64,000 nt of DNA from Chlorokybus atmophyticus (Eukaryota > Plantae > Mesostigma and Chlorokybus algae): assembly GCA_009103225.1 (NCBI GenBank), contig RHPI01000797.1, positions 743,064 through 807,063 on the forward strand, given 5' to 3'. The position numbers and the translations under genes are program-made. Under the pieces are notes generated by a model, which worked only from the letters and a program-made list of their open reading frames with translations, was not told where the DNA came from and searched no databases. Numbering within the stretch: position 1 is the stretch's first letter; every line of letters starts with the position of its first letter. This document shows positions 29,869 through 45,789 of the stretch, piece after piece.

Positions 29869-30855
29869 GAGAGAACCCCGTGTGCTTTGTTTTAAACTGG
29901 CGCACAGCCGCGGTGTGCCTGTTGGGTTGGATGGTACTGTCGCTTACAGGTATTGGTAATAACCTCTTACTGCATGCCAAGACACGTGCACACATAAGGT
30001 GCACAGCAATAGGTACACATGAATTGCACGTGTAGAGAGCTGCAGTTCACAATGGGTCATTCAAACACACATTCCCATGTTCAAGTCTTGTACATGTGGT
30101 AGATAGCTGTGGTAGGCATATTGTCGCCATGGATTTCGTACCCATAGTAGGTCCATATTTATGCAACCGCACATTATACAATGCACACTTGCCAGTCTTG
30201 AGCGTTTAGTGTTCTGTGGTATGAACCTATTGAATGCCTATTATGGATGATTGAAAACCCGAAGTTTTGAAACTGCGATGCGCTGTCGCAGGCAGTGGCT
30301 CTCTTGTGCACGCTATGGTTTCTGTAAGGCGGACTGTGTTAGTGATTGCTGGAATTCACTAGTGATTTCGTGCATGATGTTGGAACCACCATGTGTTAGC
30401 CACTTGCAAGGGATACAATAGTAGTACTGTTAGGGAGGGAAGCGCAAATGTTGGGACAGACAGATGCCACGTTCCATGCTGCTAATGTACCAGCCCTTGC
30501 CACAGGCACTTGTGGCCATTTGCATTTGGACGACCACCACCCTCAGGCTTGCTGCCCTCAAAGGCTGGATTTCTTGATGTGCTTGCCAACACTCTGACTG
30601 CTGTTCGGGTGCAGTAAGCACAGCATAAAGAGCACGTATACTTGTACTTTTCAGCTACCCATCGTTGATGCCATGCTAGATACGACAACGCTACCTCCAC
30701 AGGCAACTACCATATGCTTCGACAACTCCCACGGCATGTGAAGCCAATGACAGCCAACACATAACACACGACCGTGCAGCCAAGCTCAATCAGCGCACGG
30801 GCTCGCAGCATACCACATATTGCAAAATGCATAGCGCTTGACTCTTTGAACATGA

Positions 30856-33800
30856 TTACATTGATGGTTGCAAGTTACTGTCATGTCTGAATGCGGTATC
30901 CGCTTTCCTCTTGCCTGTAGAAGTGGCAGCCCACGCAAAGTAGTCGCACCTGGCTTCGGGGTTGGTTTTGGGCCCTTGGGCTCTCGCGCACACGAAGAAG
31001 CTCCGCCCGCAGGTTGGGCCCGCCTTCTTCACGACGCGCGACACGCAAGGCTCGTTGTGGTAGCACTTCGGCATCACCATGCGCTGTTGTATACGCTGCC
31101 ATGCAGCGGCCGCTTCCGACTGAGGCTCCTGTTTGCAAAAGAAACGCTCGAGCGGCCGCTCTTTATTGCAAAAAGCTATTGCACCAAGTTGCTCAACAAC
31201 ACACACATAACCTGCAACAGTTGCAACTGCCGCAGCAGCTGCCGCTATACCTGCGCTGTTGTTGCCGGCGACGCACATGCAGTCGTCTCTGCATTAACAA
31301 CCTGAGCTGGACTATCTTCCTGCTTGTTGCTACACGTGGTGCTGCTGACAGACACAGATGCAGACCTTCTACCAAAGAAGCACTGCAAACTGCGCTGAGC
31401 AGTAACCTTGACCTGCCCCGAAGGCCCACCAGCACCAACTGCAGCGTTGGTACCAGCATCGGAATCGGCGAGTGCAATGGCAGTTGGCGCGGACGCAGGT
31501 GCTTCCCTGGCCTGACGCTTGTGAGATGCGACTGCTTGAGTTGTAGTCTGGATTGGTAATCGCTCTGTTGGCTGTGACGAAAGCTTTGGTGACTTGAAGA
31601 ACATATCTGAGAAGTGGATCAGAAAGTAGGTAAGCACATAGCTAATACAAAATCAGGTCACTGCTGATCAAAAGCGCTTGTTGCAAAAGTTGCTGGATTG
31701 GATACGCATAAGCTCACCTGTCAAGCGGCCTTGCCTAGCGGCAAAACTTGGCCGATACTTTGCACACAGAGAGGGGGCACAGTGCACAGCTATTGGCGGT
31801 AATGGTAGCATGTCTGCAAACACGGGGGCATGGTCCGACTCATTACGGTCGCTGGTGATATTACACGCCTGAAACCACGTCTGTGCAAATCCATGCAGCG
31901 CATCCCGTACACCCTCGCCTGCAACACAGTGGCGCAAAGTCATGCAATTCTTTGACAAGAATACAGGACAGCTGTGCCTTGGCATCAGCTGTAAGCATGC
32001 CAAGCACACTAGTCGCCCATCCACTCATGCACTCCTATTCCTCATCCACATGTCACTTGTCTGTCACTGTAATGTGTGCATGTATCACCACTCACTAAAC
32101 ACAAGCACAACAGCGGGCACCTCAAAGACACTCACTGCTGCGCTAGTGCAGGACCCTGAGGACACAATCTGTGTCGACATGTACCTGTCGACTGTGGGGC
32201 ATCTGGATGCACGTCACTGCCAGCCGCCAGTATCAAGTCAATCCGCGTGCCATAATTAAAGGTCTTCGCACCGCTTGCTACACTCCAGCACGTATACGCA
32301 CCTTCCCTAGTAATGTATCATCAACTGCCGAATGATGCTGCTACCCATGCTGCATGGGCAGACATGATGCAAGACATAACAGCCAACACATTGACCCTTG
32401 TGAGGTTGAGAAGGTCACACTGACTTCAAGGCTGTCACGAACTTTATGAATTGCAGGCTAAGCAGCCAGCATGAAATAAAATCAACGCTCTCTCCACTCA
32501 TTGATGTGGTCACTAGGACAGGGTGCCATTAGGCTTACTAACCTACATTGATTGCATGTCAAACAACTTCAAGCCCTTGGCATGGCGATTGGTGATAGAA
32601 GCAGGCAGGGGTTGCATGCTGGTGGTGCGTCGAGCAATGATGGGAGCTGCTGCATATATGTATGCCAAGACAAGCTGATAATTACCTGTTGGGATGAAAC
32701 TGTCGGAACACATCGGTAAATGGGCCTGCTGGAGGCGTCAGCAGCGCATTCAACCATCTCCGCGATCTGCATTAAGCAATAACATCAGCGGCAGGGCTGG
32801 CAATCACCCACGGTGGTACTTATCAAGCCTGGCAGCGCTCACGCTTACGGGCCCAATTCGTGATCAGGTCCTGGGTCGCAGTGATCGATGGGCCGCGGTG
32901 CTACATTGAGGTCTCCCACCACCATTACGTTTCGTCCAGCCGCCAGCAGCGCCTCACATCGCTTCTGCATGTACAACAGCAATGCAATGGATGTGAGAAC
33001 CACCCATACGACTTTTATGCTTCATTTTTCCAAGTGATCTTGCGCCGAATTTCACGTACTAAAGCATTGCACGCAGGAGTTAGCTGGCACAACTCTCAAC
33101 AAGTTTAGACCACACTTCACTGCGACATGCCGCATTCTTTGTGTCCGTGGCCAGCAAATGGTGATGTACAGCAAGTCTACTGCACTGTTCTAATAGCGAA
33201 CCGAGATGAAGCTGGACGAAAAACATGTGGCGCAACCTGCAGGCTGCCTAGGTGTTACCTGCAAAGCCTGGAAGTACCGCAACTTGAACTGGACTCGCTC
33301 AAGGTCGTCGCCATGGGTGCACACACCATACACATTGAAAAGCACTGCATGTGCACACATTCTTAGGACACAAAATGCCTTTCCACAAATGGCTCTTAGC
33401 ATTCGGCCAGTTGACTCCGACGTACCAAAGTGGCCGTGGTCGGTCACCACACAGCGGCCTTCACTGTCTAGCTCCTGCAGTTCTGAGGTAGCAAAACACT
33501 CTGCTACCTGAAACACCGCAGAAGTTCAGGGCAATGTACACACATGCTGACTTCTTCTCACACCAGTCACCATGCCAAAGCTGACATGCGGCACAATGGT
33601 CAAGAACTTAGAGCTGCCATACTGTTTCCCAGTGGCCAATGGTGCCGTCTTGCTTCACACCTGTTATGCCTTTGTGATGCAGGACGCCTGTCACACCCTG
33701 CAAGCAATGGGAAGATGGACACCCGTTGCGCAACTGTCGCTATACTGTGCACCAGACTGGTTTAACGCGATTTACCTGCTCAGCTGCTATGGGCAGCAGT

Positions 33801-34734
33801 GCGCTGCTGGTTTCTCGTGGTGACCCTGTTCTGCAATATGTCGCAGTCCCCGAATAACCTGATGCTATGCGTTTTGCCTGCAACATGTTGCTTCAGTCTT
33901 GCTGCTGTGTATAGATAGCAACAGCAACAGGCGGACAGCGGAAGAGCACTAGTGTGCCGTGGCATGGGAGACCCCGCCCCTACCGTGCAGAAGCTGAAGA
34001 AGGCGTCGTAGCCGTCCACAATCGCAAGCTCGCGGTCAAGCTCTTGACTCGACACCTTGGCCTCCTGCAAGAACCAATGTTAACAAAGTTGCGAAGGAGC
34101 AGCAGCTGGAACGCCATTGACTTGAGCCGCCGGGTACAGGTCAGAGGACATGCTCGCATGCATGTCTGAGGTCGGACATTGGCCCCATACCAAACAAGAC
34201 AAAGGCAAGCTGCTGTCAGGGAGCTGGCACGAACAAAGTAGTCTCTATTGCAGTCGTATTTAATGCAAAGCACGTCATCGCTACCTTCATGCTGTACATG
34301 CTACCTGCACCACTATTCACTGCTAATTACTGATAGGCCATCCGTAACCAAGTGGTGCCGCAGCTAGCGTACCACTGCATGGCACATGCATGCCGTGGTA
34401 TGCAGTAGTCAAGGTTGAAGGCATAACATATGCCCAACACCCAGAACTGCATGGGCTGATGTTGTGCATAAGGACTACTCGTCGACTGACAACAACAGAA
34501 GACCAATACAAACGCTCTTGCTTAAAAGCACACCAGAGATCATGATCAGGAAGTGCATCACCTTAACCACTAAGGCCATAAGCATGCATGCAGCATAGAG
34601 AGCCTGCATGCTGCGAAGTCGCCCACCTGAAAGCACACGATGTCCGCGTCCAAGCTGACCAGCAGGTTGCCCACCCCACCGACCTTGCGGGCGACAGCGC
34701 GCAGGCCGTTGATATTCCAGGTGACGAGGCGCAT
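30856..34734 (-). CDS. APEX2: AP endonuclease 2 (ExoIII family) with PIP box and C-terminal GRF zinc finger
   Basis: Starts [13 protein letters not shown]...LDADIVCFQ; [11 protein letters not shown]-like box; [16 protein letters not shown]...[10 protein letters not shown]...CDYFAW GRF finger. Confidence 0.92.
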
Positions 34735-35316
34735 GGCCCCCGACTCCCGAACAAGCCCTCCGCCACCACCACCACCGCCGGCGACACCAGCAACACCACC
34801 TGCCAGGGACCCTGCAGTTTGGGTTAGCTTGAACTAGGGTTAGGACTTGGCTAGCCAACACCATCAACTTCCAGTGTATCGCGGCAATGCCACTGCGCTG
34901 CGCTGTACACTACAATCATAGGGTTGCGATTTGGCGGGAGTCGGTTTTGGCTACAACGGTATTATAATTGCAGTGGACGCGGAGGGGCAAAACACAACAC
35001 GCAACAAGCGACAACGGGCTGCAACAACCAAACCAACGAGAAAAGCTAAGTTTGGAACAGTGACTAGGCACGGGCCAAGCCAGGGTTTTTTTAGGCTTCC
35101 GGGTTTAAAAGATAGCCGAAGTTCGATCGTCGCTTTAGGGGTTTTAGCCGGGGTGCTCGCGCTATGTTTAACCGCGGTTGGGGTAATATTCACGTTTTCC
35201 GTGCCAGTCAGTGCAACCCGAGTTTGGTTAATGGCCGGGCAAAGTTGGCTTGTTTGCAAGCCGCTCCGGCGGATGGTTTAACCGCCTCAGCGCGTCAGCT
35301 TTTAACCGGATAGTAG

Positions 35317-37718
<2,402 letters not shown>

Positions 37719-38830
37719 GCATTTCCGCCCATCCGTGTAGACAACACCAGAAGATGTCCTTAACAATTCAAGTACAAAACACATAGACAAGTCTTGCATA
37801 CCTTTAAGCACAGAAGGGATCGCTGTAAGCTAGTGTGACCTCAGTCACATTGTGCATTCCTAACCATTGTCCAGCGGCTGCTGCTGCTGCCAAACGGTGG
37901 TGTACACTCCACTCAACTGTCCATCCCGCAATCGCAGTTCATTACCTGTGTTACATGCACTGTAGGCGATTGCGACACCCCTTGTAACACGTTACCATTT
38001 AATACGTTTGCCATGCCATCTGTTCTGCTCTCCATGCTGGTGATCTGCATGGGCTACCCGCACTATTGCCTAGCCAACAGTACTCAGTTCTGTTTGAAGC
38101 ACAGACACATAAAGTGCAAAGTATGAGCACAGCTGCTATAGCGAATGACTTAGCAATAGCAAGTGCAAGTACACTTGCTATCACCGCAGCGAGGTTAGAC
38201 AGCACCGCGCATATCCTGTACACCCTGCAATTGCTGTTGTTAATGCAGACACCCGTTCCTACAGAAGCCCAGGCTGAACCTTGCAGCAACTTTTGCACAC
38301 CAAGTCTTGACTAATATTAGCCAGGTTAGCACTCGTATAGCGCTCAGTTACGACGGTTGCAAAGCTCATCGATTGGCATGTGACTTCACATGAAAAAGAT
38401 GCTCTGCACTTGGTGCAGCCATCTCGTGCACTGCATCCAGCTTCATACTACGACATTGCATGCTAACTGCACAATCCCTCTCAATATGACACCGCGTGCA
38501 GGAGTTACACACAGCTGTGTAAGACTGCTGCACGATCACACGCTTACTTTGCAAGCAAGGGGTTCTAAAAAAGCAAGCCATGCCGGACTAAGTTAAGCGC
38601 ATTCTGTTGGGAGCGAACTCGTCAGCTACGGTAAAAGGAGAACTCTCACAGGCTAGGTTGCAAGCACACAGGGAATGAAGCATAAGGGACATCAGAAGGT
38701 AGTCTGGGTACGCTTGAGGAGGGGCCTTACTCATTGCACTAGTACGCACACGTACACGCACAAAACACCGACTACAGATCTTGAACGATGTTTTGCTACA
38801 ACAACACGTAATGATCGAGAAGCCCCTGTA

Positions 38831-40572
38831 TTACCGGCCCGCGCCGACGCCAAACGTGTCCTTCATGTGCCGAAGGTTGGCCATGACCTCAACATCGCTC
38901 TGGCCACCCACAGCCGCCTACAGAAGTAGTTTTAATAACGACGCTTGCAATACATGTCATCACGCAACAACACGTGGCTCACTCTGATGGCGGGGTCGGA
39001 CACTCTCATAAACGGATTGTGAGCGAGCTCGTCCCCGATCGTGCTCGGCACTGTCGGGAGACCCCCCTCGCGACGCGCGCGCGACCAATCCGACTTGGCA
39101 CTCACAGCGTCGTTGCCGCCGTCCACCGATTGGGCAAACTTCAGGTTGTTGGTGGTGTACTGCGGGGACAACGTGTTGGGTGCATTGGTGCATGTGTGCG
39201 TGCGTGTGCGTGGGTGTGTATATGTGTGTCTTTGTGTGGATGCAAATGTGTGCATGTGCATGTCCGTGCGCGTGCGCGTGTTTGAGTGTTCAAGTTCAGA
39301 ACCGTGTGTAAATCTCAATGCACATGTGCATGTACACATGCATGCGTTCATAGGACACACACAAGGCATGGACATGGACATCCGACCCATGTGCAAGCCT
39401 ACCTCGTGGCCGCACCACACTTGTGTTTGTGGCGGCAGCTTCGCAAGCTTTTCATTCAGCGCCGTGTGCATCATCGACGCGTCGCCCTCAAAGAATCGCC
39501 CGCATCCCGCCACAAACTGCAGACATTGGCAGCGAATGAAGAGGTCCAAGTGTATACAATTACAGTTTGGTACTTGTGCGCGTTAACCCAGGCTCACCAG
39601 CGTGTCGCCGGTGAACACCGCAGGTGGGCCCTCCGACGACTCAACATAGTAGCATATGTGCCCTTTCGTGTGACTGACACCACAAGGACAGTGCTGTCAT
39701 GCACGCACAAGCACGAACACACACTCAATAGCATGTTGATGTCCAGTCCCGCATGCATATGGTGTTTACACGTCACTTCCACCATGCAGACACAATTACG
39801 CACGCAAGAGAGCTTATGCACCCACCCCAACACACAAACCAACGCACCATGGGGTGGAGATGCACGTCACGCGGGTGTCATCACCCAACTCAAGGAAATC
39901 CCCCTCGTCAACGGCGCGCGTGCAGGCGGGCACACCGTCCCGCACGCCCCCGACTACCTCAACGCCAGGGACCAACGAAGCCATCGCTGTGTTGCCGCCC
40001 GCGTGATCACTGCACACATGCACATGTGCATGCGTGAGCGCGTGTGCGTGTGTGCATGTGCGTTGGATGCAGCGTGGACGATGCAATCAAACATGTAGAC
40101 CCAACAAGTGTAAAAACGCATGCATGGGCTTGCGTGAGTAAGTGAATGAGTCCAGTTGCTGAGTAACTGATATGGCAGTGAGAGAGAAAGCCCTGTTTGT
40201 TGCTTACTGGTGGCGGTGGGTGGTGAGTACATGCGTAATGGTCACGCCTTCCTTCTGAGCCGCAGCATAAACCTGAGACAGACAGGCACACACCGGAACC
40301 AAGCAGGGTCAGAATAACCCAAACAAGAAAAGAACAACTCAGAATGGAAGACACCAACACACCAAACGGGAAGAGTTTGAGAGTGTCAAACCACTGCATG
40401 CAAAGAATTGTGCAACTCATTTCATGTCTACTGCAAACCTCTAAGTGACCGTTTCTCACCTTGTCGGCCTCCGCAGGGTCTAATGCGGCTGCCTTGCCGG
40501 ACTTGTCATCTATCAACCTGTCATATTGAACCAGAGCCACAGACGGATACACGGGGTGAAACTGATGATGAA

Positions 40573-40603
<31 letters not shown>

Positions 40604-40697
40604 TTGTGAATTGGATAGTGGTGGTGGTGGCGATGGTGATGGTTGCTCACAGGTAGGAGTAGTTGTCGGAAAGGACTGGCACGGTCACCACACGCAT
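38831..40697 (-). CDS. GLO2: Hydroxyacylglutathione hydrolase (glyoxalase II)
   Basis: [16 protein letters not shown]; THRHHDHAGGN metallo-beta-lactamase motif split by an intron; HTKGHICY; VFTGDTL; [11 protein letters not shown]; VWCGHEYT; NPFMR. Confidence 0.95.
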
Positions 40698-40945
40698 GGC
40701 GGTGGAATGTTGTTCTGCCTTGACAAACTTTAGGTTTGCTGTAGGTTGTCCTGTCTTTCATTCAAGGTCACAACACTTCACCTTTGACCAAGTTACTTCA
40801 TAACGATGTGTACTTCACTCCGCCTTGTCTGTTCCGGCTGGTTGGCCGACAAACTAGCTAACTCATTTGTTCCCTCCGCAGACATATATGTTGCAACCAC
40901 GTTATTACGTCTAGATTATGACCTTGTGCGCCTTTACTAACACTT

Positions 40946-41017
40946 GTACCTGTAGTATAGTGGTAAGTATCTCCGCCTGTCACGCGGAAGACCCGGGTTC
41001 AATTCCCGGCAGGTGCG
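40946..41017 (+). tRNA. trnD-GUC: tRNA-Asp(GTC), copy 1
   Basis: 72 nt cloverleaf: acceptor GTACCTG/CAGGTGC, anticodon arm TCCGC-CTGTCAC-GCGGA, T arm CCGGG-TTCAATT-CCCGG; T-run downstream. Confidence 0.97.
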
Positions 41018-41042
41018 TGCAAGCACAGGTTTCTTTTGGTTT

Positions 41043-41266
41043 GAGCTCTTAGGATACCGTAAGTGACCAGGACTTTACGTGGTTTTGGATCTTTTATTCG
41101 AGCTCTTAGGATATCGTAAGTGACCAGGAATTTACGTGGTTTTGGATCTTTGGTTCGAGCGCTTAGGATATCGTAAGTGACCAGGAATTTACGTGGTTTT
41201 GGATCTTTGGTTCGAGCGCTTAGGATATCGTAAGTGACCAGGACTTTACGTGGTCTCGTATCTTTT
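41043..41266. repeat. Tandem array of 4 x 57 bp units immediately downstream of tRNA-Asp
   Basis: Units start at 41043, 41100, 41157, 41214; near-identical, no spacers. Confidence 0.95.
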
Positions 41267-41430
41267 CTTATTATTACTAATTATTGACTCAACTGTAGGG
41301 GTACTTTATGATGCGTTTAATGCGCGAGTAGCGCGCGACTTTTGGCAGATTCTGCCGCTCATAACTGCAATCTAGTGACTTTGATGCGCGCGCAGCGCGC
41401 GATCTCAGCCAACTTCTAGCCCACGACTTT

Positions 41431-41466
41431 GTTTTATGACCAGTTTTATGACCAGTTTTATGACCA
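41431..41466. repeat. 3 x 12 bp perfect tandem repeat GTTTTATGACCA
   Basis: Direct reading. Confidence 0.93.
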
Positions 41467-44429
41467 GCGCCTGACAAAATTTACGTCGATGTCACATCTA
41501 GAATTACTTGCAACACGTAAAGTTCTGGTCTCTACGGTAGTAGGGTAAAGTGCCCTTACTTCGGACACTTATTGAAGGATAGGTCGCCACGGGCCCATCG
41601 CCGGTCCGTTTCCATCGTGGGATGGCTTGTTGGAACGCTGACTTTATGAGCTTTGCAACGAACTGTTCCGCTCAATTATTGGTTAACAATTGCGTTCACC
41701 ACACCCTCTCAAAGGTGAGGGTGTGCTGAAGTCTCCGGAAAAAGTAACTTTGCCTAACTTCGGATAAGGGCAGACTGACCGTGACTTGTTACAGGCGGTA
41801 GCAGGGTTATAGACCTATTTCCGCCGTAACTATTGCAATGGATGACCATTTAGCCAGCCCTTTTGAGGACCGATTATAGACAACAAGGCGGTCACATACA
41901 GCTAAAAATCACCGCAAACCGCCTTTTCTAACGCTATCCTTGGAGGTTTAAAGTTTGCAAGTAACGTTGAAATTGCACTCTTGACTACGTTTGCGACGTT
42001 GATACTTTAGCATTTGAACTGAATCTTTATAGTTAGTGGTGTCTCGTCAATAGCTACAAGCCAATAGCTACATAGCTACAAGCCAATAGCGCAACACAGA
42101 AGGTTTTACGCTTGACACCGCTGCTCGAACCGGCATAAGCTTCGCCTGCGGGGAATGCGTATGGCTTCTGACTGGGTAGTCTTACTCGTTGCTTTGCTGG
42201 TAGACGAGTGACGCACCGTCATTAACGCCAAAGGTTGTTACAGTGTACTTTGGGTAAATGTCTAAAAAACGGAGTTCACCCTACTTCCGAAAGTGCACCG
42301 CTTCCCAATTAATTTCAAAAGGTTATTTAACCACCAGTAGTGCCCAACACTTCGGAAGCGCGGTAGAATACCCATTTTACACTTTTTTTATCTACGTGTT
42401 ATCTATCATTTTAAGGTATAACTTAACAACTAGATCATCCGACAGCAATGTAAACATGTTTCATATTTTATTTCTTAAAGTTGAGAATCTAATACACGGT
42501 AGCATTTCTCATTGGTTTTTTTCTTAACAAATAACGCGCTGTTATCAGCGCCAAAGGTGGGTACAGTGTACTTCAGGAAAATGTTTGCAAAACGGAGTTC
42601 ACCTTAATTTCAAGAGTTTCTACTAGTTTAAAAGGCTATTTACCGTAGTTATAAGTTATTCAGCAGCAGATGGCAAGTTCTTTGCAGTGGGCTTATTGGA
42701 TGGATGCATGCAGTTTCAATAATATAATCAAAGGGACATAGTTAGAATTGTGTTATATTGATTGGCATCACATCAAATGTTGCAATTGCTATTACAGTAA
42801 TCATTGTTGCTTGTGTTTGCATTAGCTATATTGCCATTGTAAGCTTCGGCTTTATTTTACACATGAATTGTATTTATATGTGTATAATTTGCACATCTAC
42901 TCGTCAAGCGTTAGACCGTCCGCCAACATCGCTTACTCGAAGAAGTAAACACACGGCATCGATCTTCACACACAATTGCATGATCGCGAGGCTTGGGTCG
43001 CCGGCAGTGGTAGCTACTACGACGCCGCCATAAGTGGGAGCAGGCGTGGGTAAACCCTACAAACCGATTTTGATTTATATAAGATGCATGCGGCCGCGGT
43101 GTCAGGTTGCCCCATGGTAACTTGCTCACTGTGGCGCACGTGTGTGGGTGACGCGCTGTTATCTTTTTTGCCTCCTGCTACGCTGATTGTATGCTGAGGG
43201 GCCAAACACGCTCTTGCCCACTGCTCATATTTCATTGCTGTTGTCCCTGTTAGCCTAACGCCAACCGTCATTTGCTATAACGCCGGTAAATGCTGAGTGG
43301 GCTTGCACGCCTTCCAAAGCATTCATAAGCATTACACGACCTATTATGGCAGCGTCTTTTGCTACCATGGCCTGATTAGCTAAGCCCCGCGTTACAGTTA
43401 TTAATTGCCCTGCCTGTTCAGCTCCGCCACCACACACTATGTGTACATGTGCTTTTTTGTTGGTTATATGGCTTGTACTCCAAGTCAAGTCATTGTTGAT
43501 GCTTATAATCAATGATGCTATAGATCTACATCAGTGTAACATCGGCGCCTTAACCATAAGACCATAACAGCGACTTTTGCTGCTATAGGTAGAAGGATAT
43601 AGCATTTATGCAGCCACGCCACATACATGTTACAATTGCGTACGCCCAAAAAGATGATGTAAAAAATTCTTTATGATGGGAGACTTTTCCCACCTCCTAC
43701 CGACAAATGCCTGTATCATAAAACGCGTTGTGAGATTAACAACAGCCTGCATCGCTGTGTTTAACACGTGCGGCACCGCCAATACCATCAGTACATCGTC
43801 ACATAATGGTTGGGCTAGAGATTTAAGCTCGTACTTTTGTATTACAATGTTAAGAGCTATATACTAGGGTGATGTATCAAATGCTGTGTACTGAATTTAG
43901 TGTTTATAAAATTCTTGTTAGATGCATGTGCCATCTCGTGTATGATGTTAAAGTTAACATCATGCCTCATATTGCGTGCACGTAAAGTCATGCCAACGCT
44001 TTATAATGACATATCTATAGCAAAAAACTGATGGCTTAACCTTCTTATTGAGTACATGGTCGAAATGTATAAGTTTTAAAGCGGATGCGCATCGTGGGGG
44101 TTCTCACACTAATATTGATATTTGTTCATTACACTCAACACCGCCACCACTTTGTTGAGTGGCCCAAGTTTGATATAACACTGACATCGTCATGATGTTT
44201 GTACCGAGATAACCCTGTTATAGAGACACTTCAAACAGCACTCATTGTTGCGTTGCTGCCGCAAAAGATATTAAACATTCAAGGAATCAACATTGCTATT
44301 GATGTTGGCCGATCGTATGCTTTGCGATTCTTAAAACAAGGGTTTGGCTTAAGGCTTGCTGTAACATTGCAATATGCGGGCAAAGAGCGTTCCCCGCATA
44401 ACAATAAAAATGTGCTTCTTGCACATGTT

Positions 44430-44711
44430 TGATTGAGTTTTACAGTAGCGCAACCATTCCTGCCGATCCCTGCACCAACACTTCAGCCGGCACGAGGCGC
44501 GCGACAACCGGAGTTGACAAAGCGCAAGAAGGATGCCAACCATCCCATCACCAACACACTCGTCGCATTGACAGTCGAGACCCACGGCACGCTATGTCAG
44601 GCGTTTGCGGACATTGCTGACACGTGCGCATTGAGAACATCGGCAACAAGTGGACTACCCAGTCGGAAAGCACAGCATCGAGCCCGTGCAATATTAAGCA
44701 GGCTGCCGTGA
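44430..44711 (+). mobile_element. Degenerate restriction-like endonuclease (RLE) C-terminus of CRE-like non-LTR retroelement
   Basis: PELTKRKKD...ALTVETHGTL...ARAILSRLP-stop resembles the E-x2-K-x2-KY...ET.G...ARAIL pattern of RLE elements; the ETHGTL segment is shared with 62.7 kb. Confidence 0.55.
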
Positions 44712-45789
44712 GCCATTGATTAAGCATCTGGTGTTGTGGCTCATTGCGTAGCATTGATCAGCCAATTTTGTCCGTATGTGTATCCAGCGTGTAATGGTGT
44801 CCATTCGTGATGGGCTGTCGGCATGAGATATGTCATGGTGTGTCAGCTCGGTTAGCTCACTAAGCTGTGCTGATCGTGTGCTGACGTGTGAAAGTGTATG
44901 AGGTGTTCAATGTGTTCAAGATCAGGCTTGTGCTGACGCGTGCTCTGTCATATCGCTGTGCTAGAGGCCGGCGGTGGCATTGGCTTTGCGGGCGGAGTTG
45001 TTGGCGTGAGTGAGGCGGCGGGGGCAGGGGCGGCGGCGGGCGATGGCGAGTATGGGTGACGCTACTAGTGGGGGAGTGGGTGTGGCGGTCGGGCCAAAGG
45101 AGGTTAAGCGCGAAGAGTTCCGTGCGACGCTGGCAGATAGCATGACTACGTAAATTGTGGGAAGTTAGGTGCGACATCTGCGGGCGGTGGAACGCTTATA
45201 GAGGCGTTCCATCGCTCGCAGCGGGTCCCCCGTCTCCACGGTGGAGGCGGGGGACTCGCTGGATGCAGCAAGTGAACATGGTTCAACATATGGGAGGTGG
45301 CAACCTAGGGCTATCAACCAATTCTGATGCGGGCGGTCATAATCGCCCTGTCTATTGGCGTCAAGGTTCTTGCCAGCACGCATGAATGGTGGCGCGGCTA
45401 TAAACAGCGGAGTGGGGCAGAGGCGGAGCAGCGCCAGCAGCTGCCTCCGCTGGCATGTGTGCATGTGGGCTTTGCGGGTGCGCGTTGAGATTCTGGCGGC
45501 TACATGTCGCCTCGGTAGTCTAATTGAATTATGTTGAATAAGGCAGCACCGCGAACTCGCTTGTGGGTTGTTTCCACCTCACGGCAAAATGCAATGAAAG
45601 CATCACTGTCGTCACTGTTGTTTAAACAGGCAATTAAACCTGTTCACCCCTCTCGAGTCGCGTCAGAGGCGATCTTCATCGCTCATTACTCATTTCAGCG
45701 CACAACCTACCCTAACAGAGAGCAAATCTCACTACTATGCTTTCCGACTGTGCCGTAGCGCCAACTGTCCGGATTCCTCGCCATTTATC

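Noticed and set aside
34845-34856. TAGGGTTAGG and scattered AAACCCT/TAACCCTA as telomeric repeats
   Set aside because: One or two units only; at most telo-box-like promoter motifs and not distinguishable from chance.
41043-41266. 57 bp array as a CRISPR array
   Set aside because: Units are contiguous near-identical copies with no unique spacers, no cas genes are present, and the context is eukaryotic.
41750-41772. TAACTTCGGATAAGG resembling an LSU rRNA segment
   Set aside because: Only about 15 nt of similarity; the flanks do not continue as rRNA.
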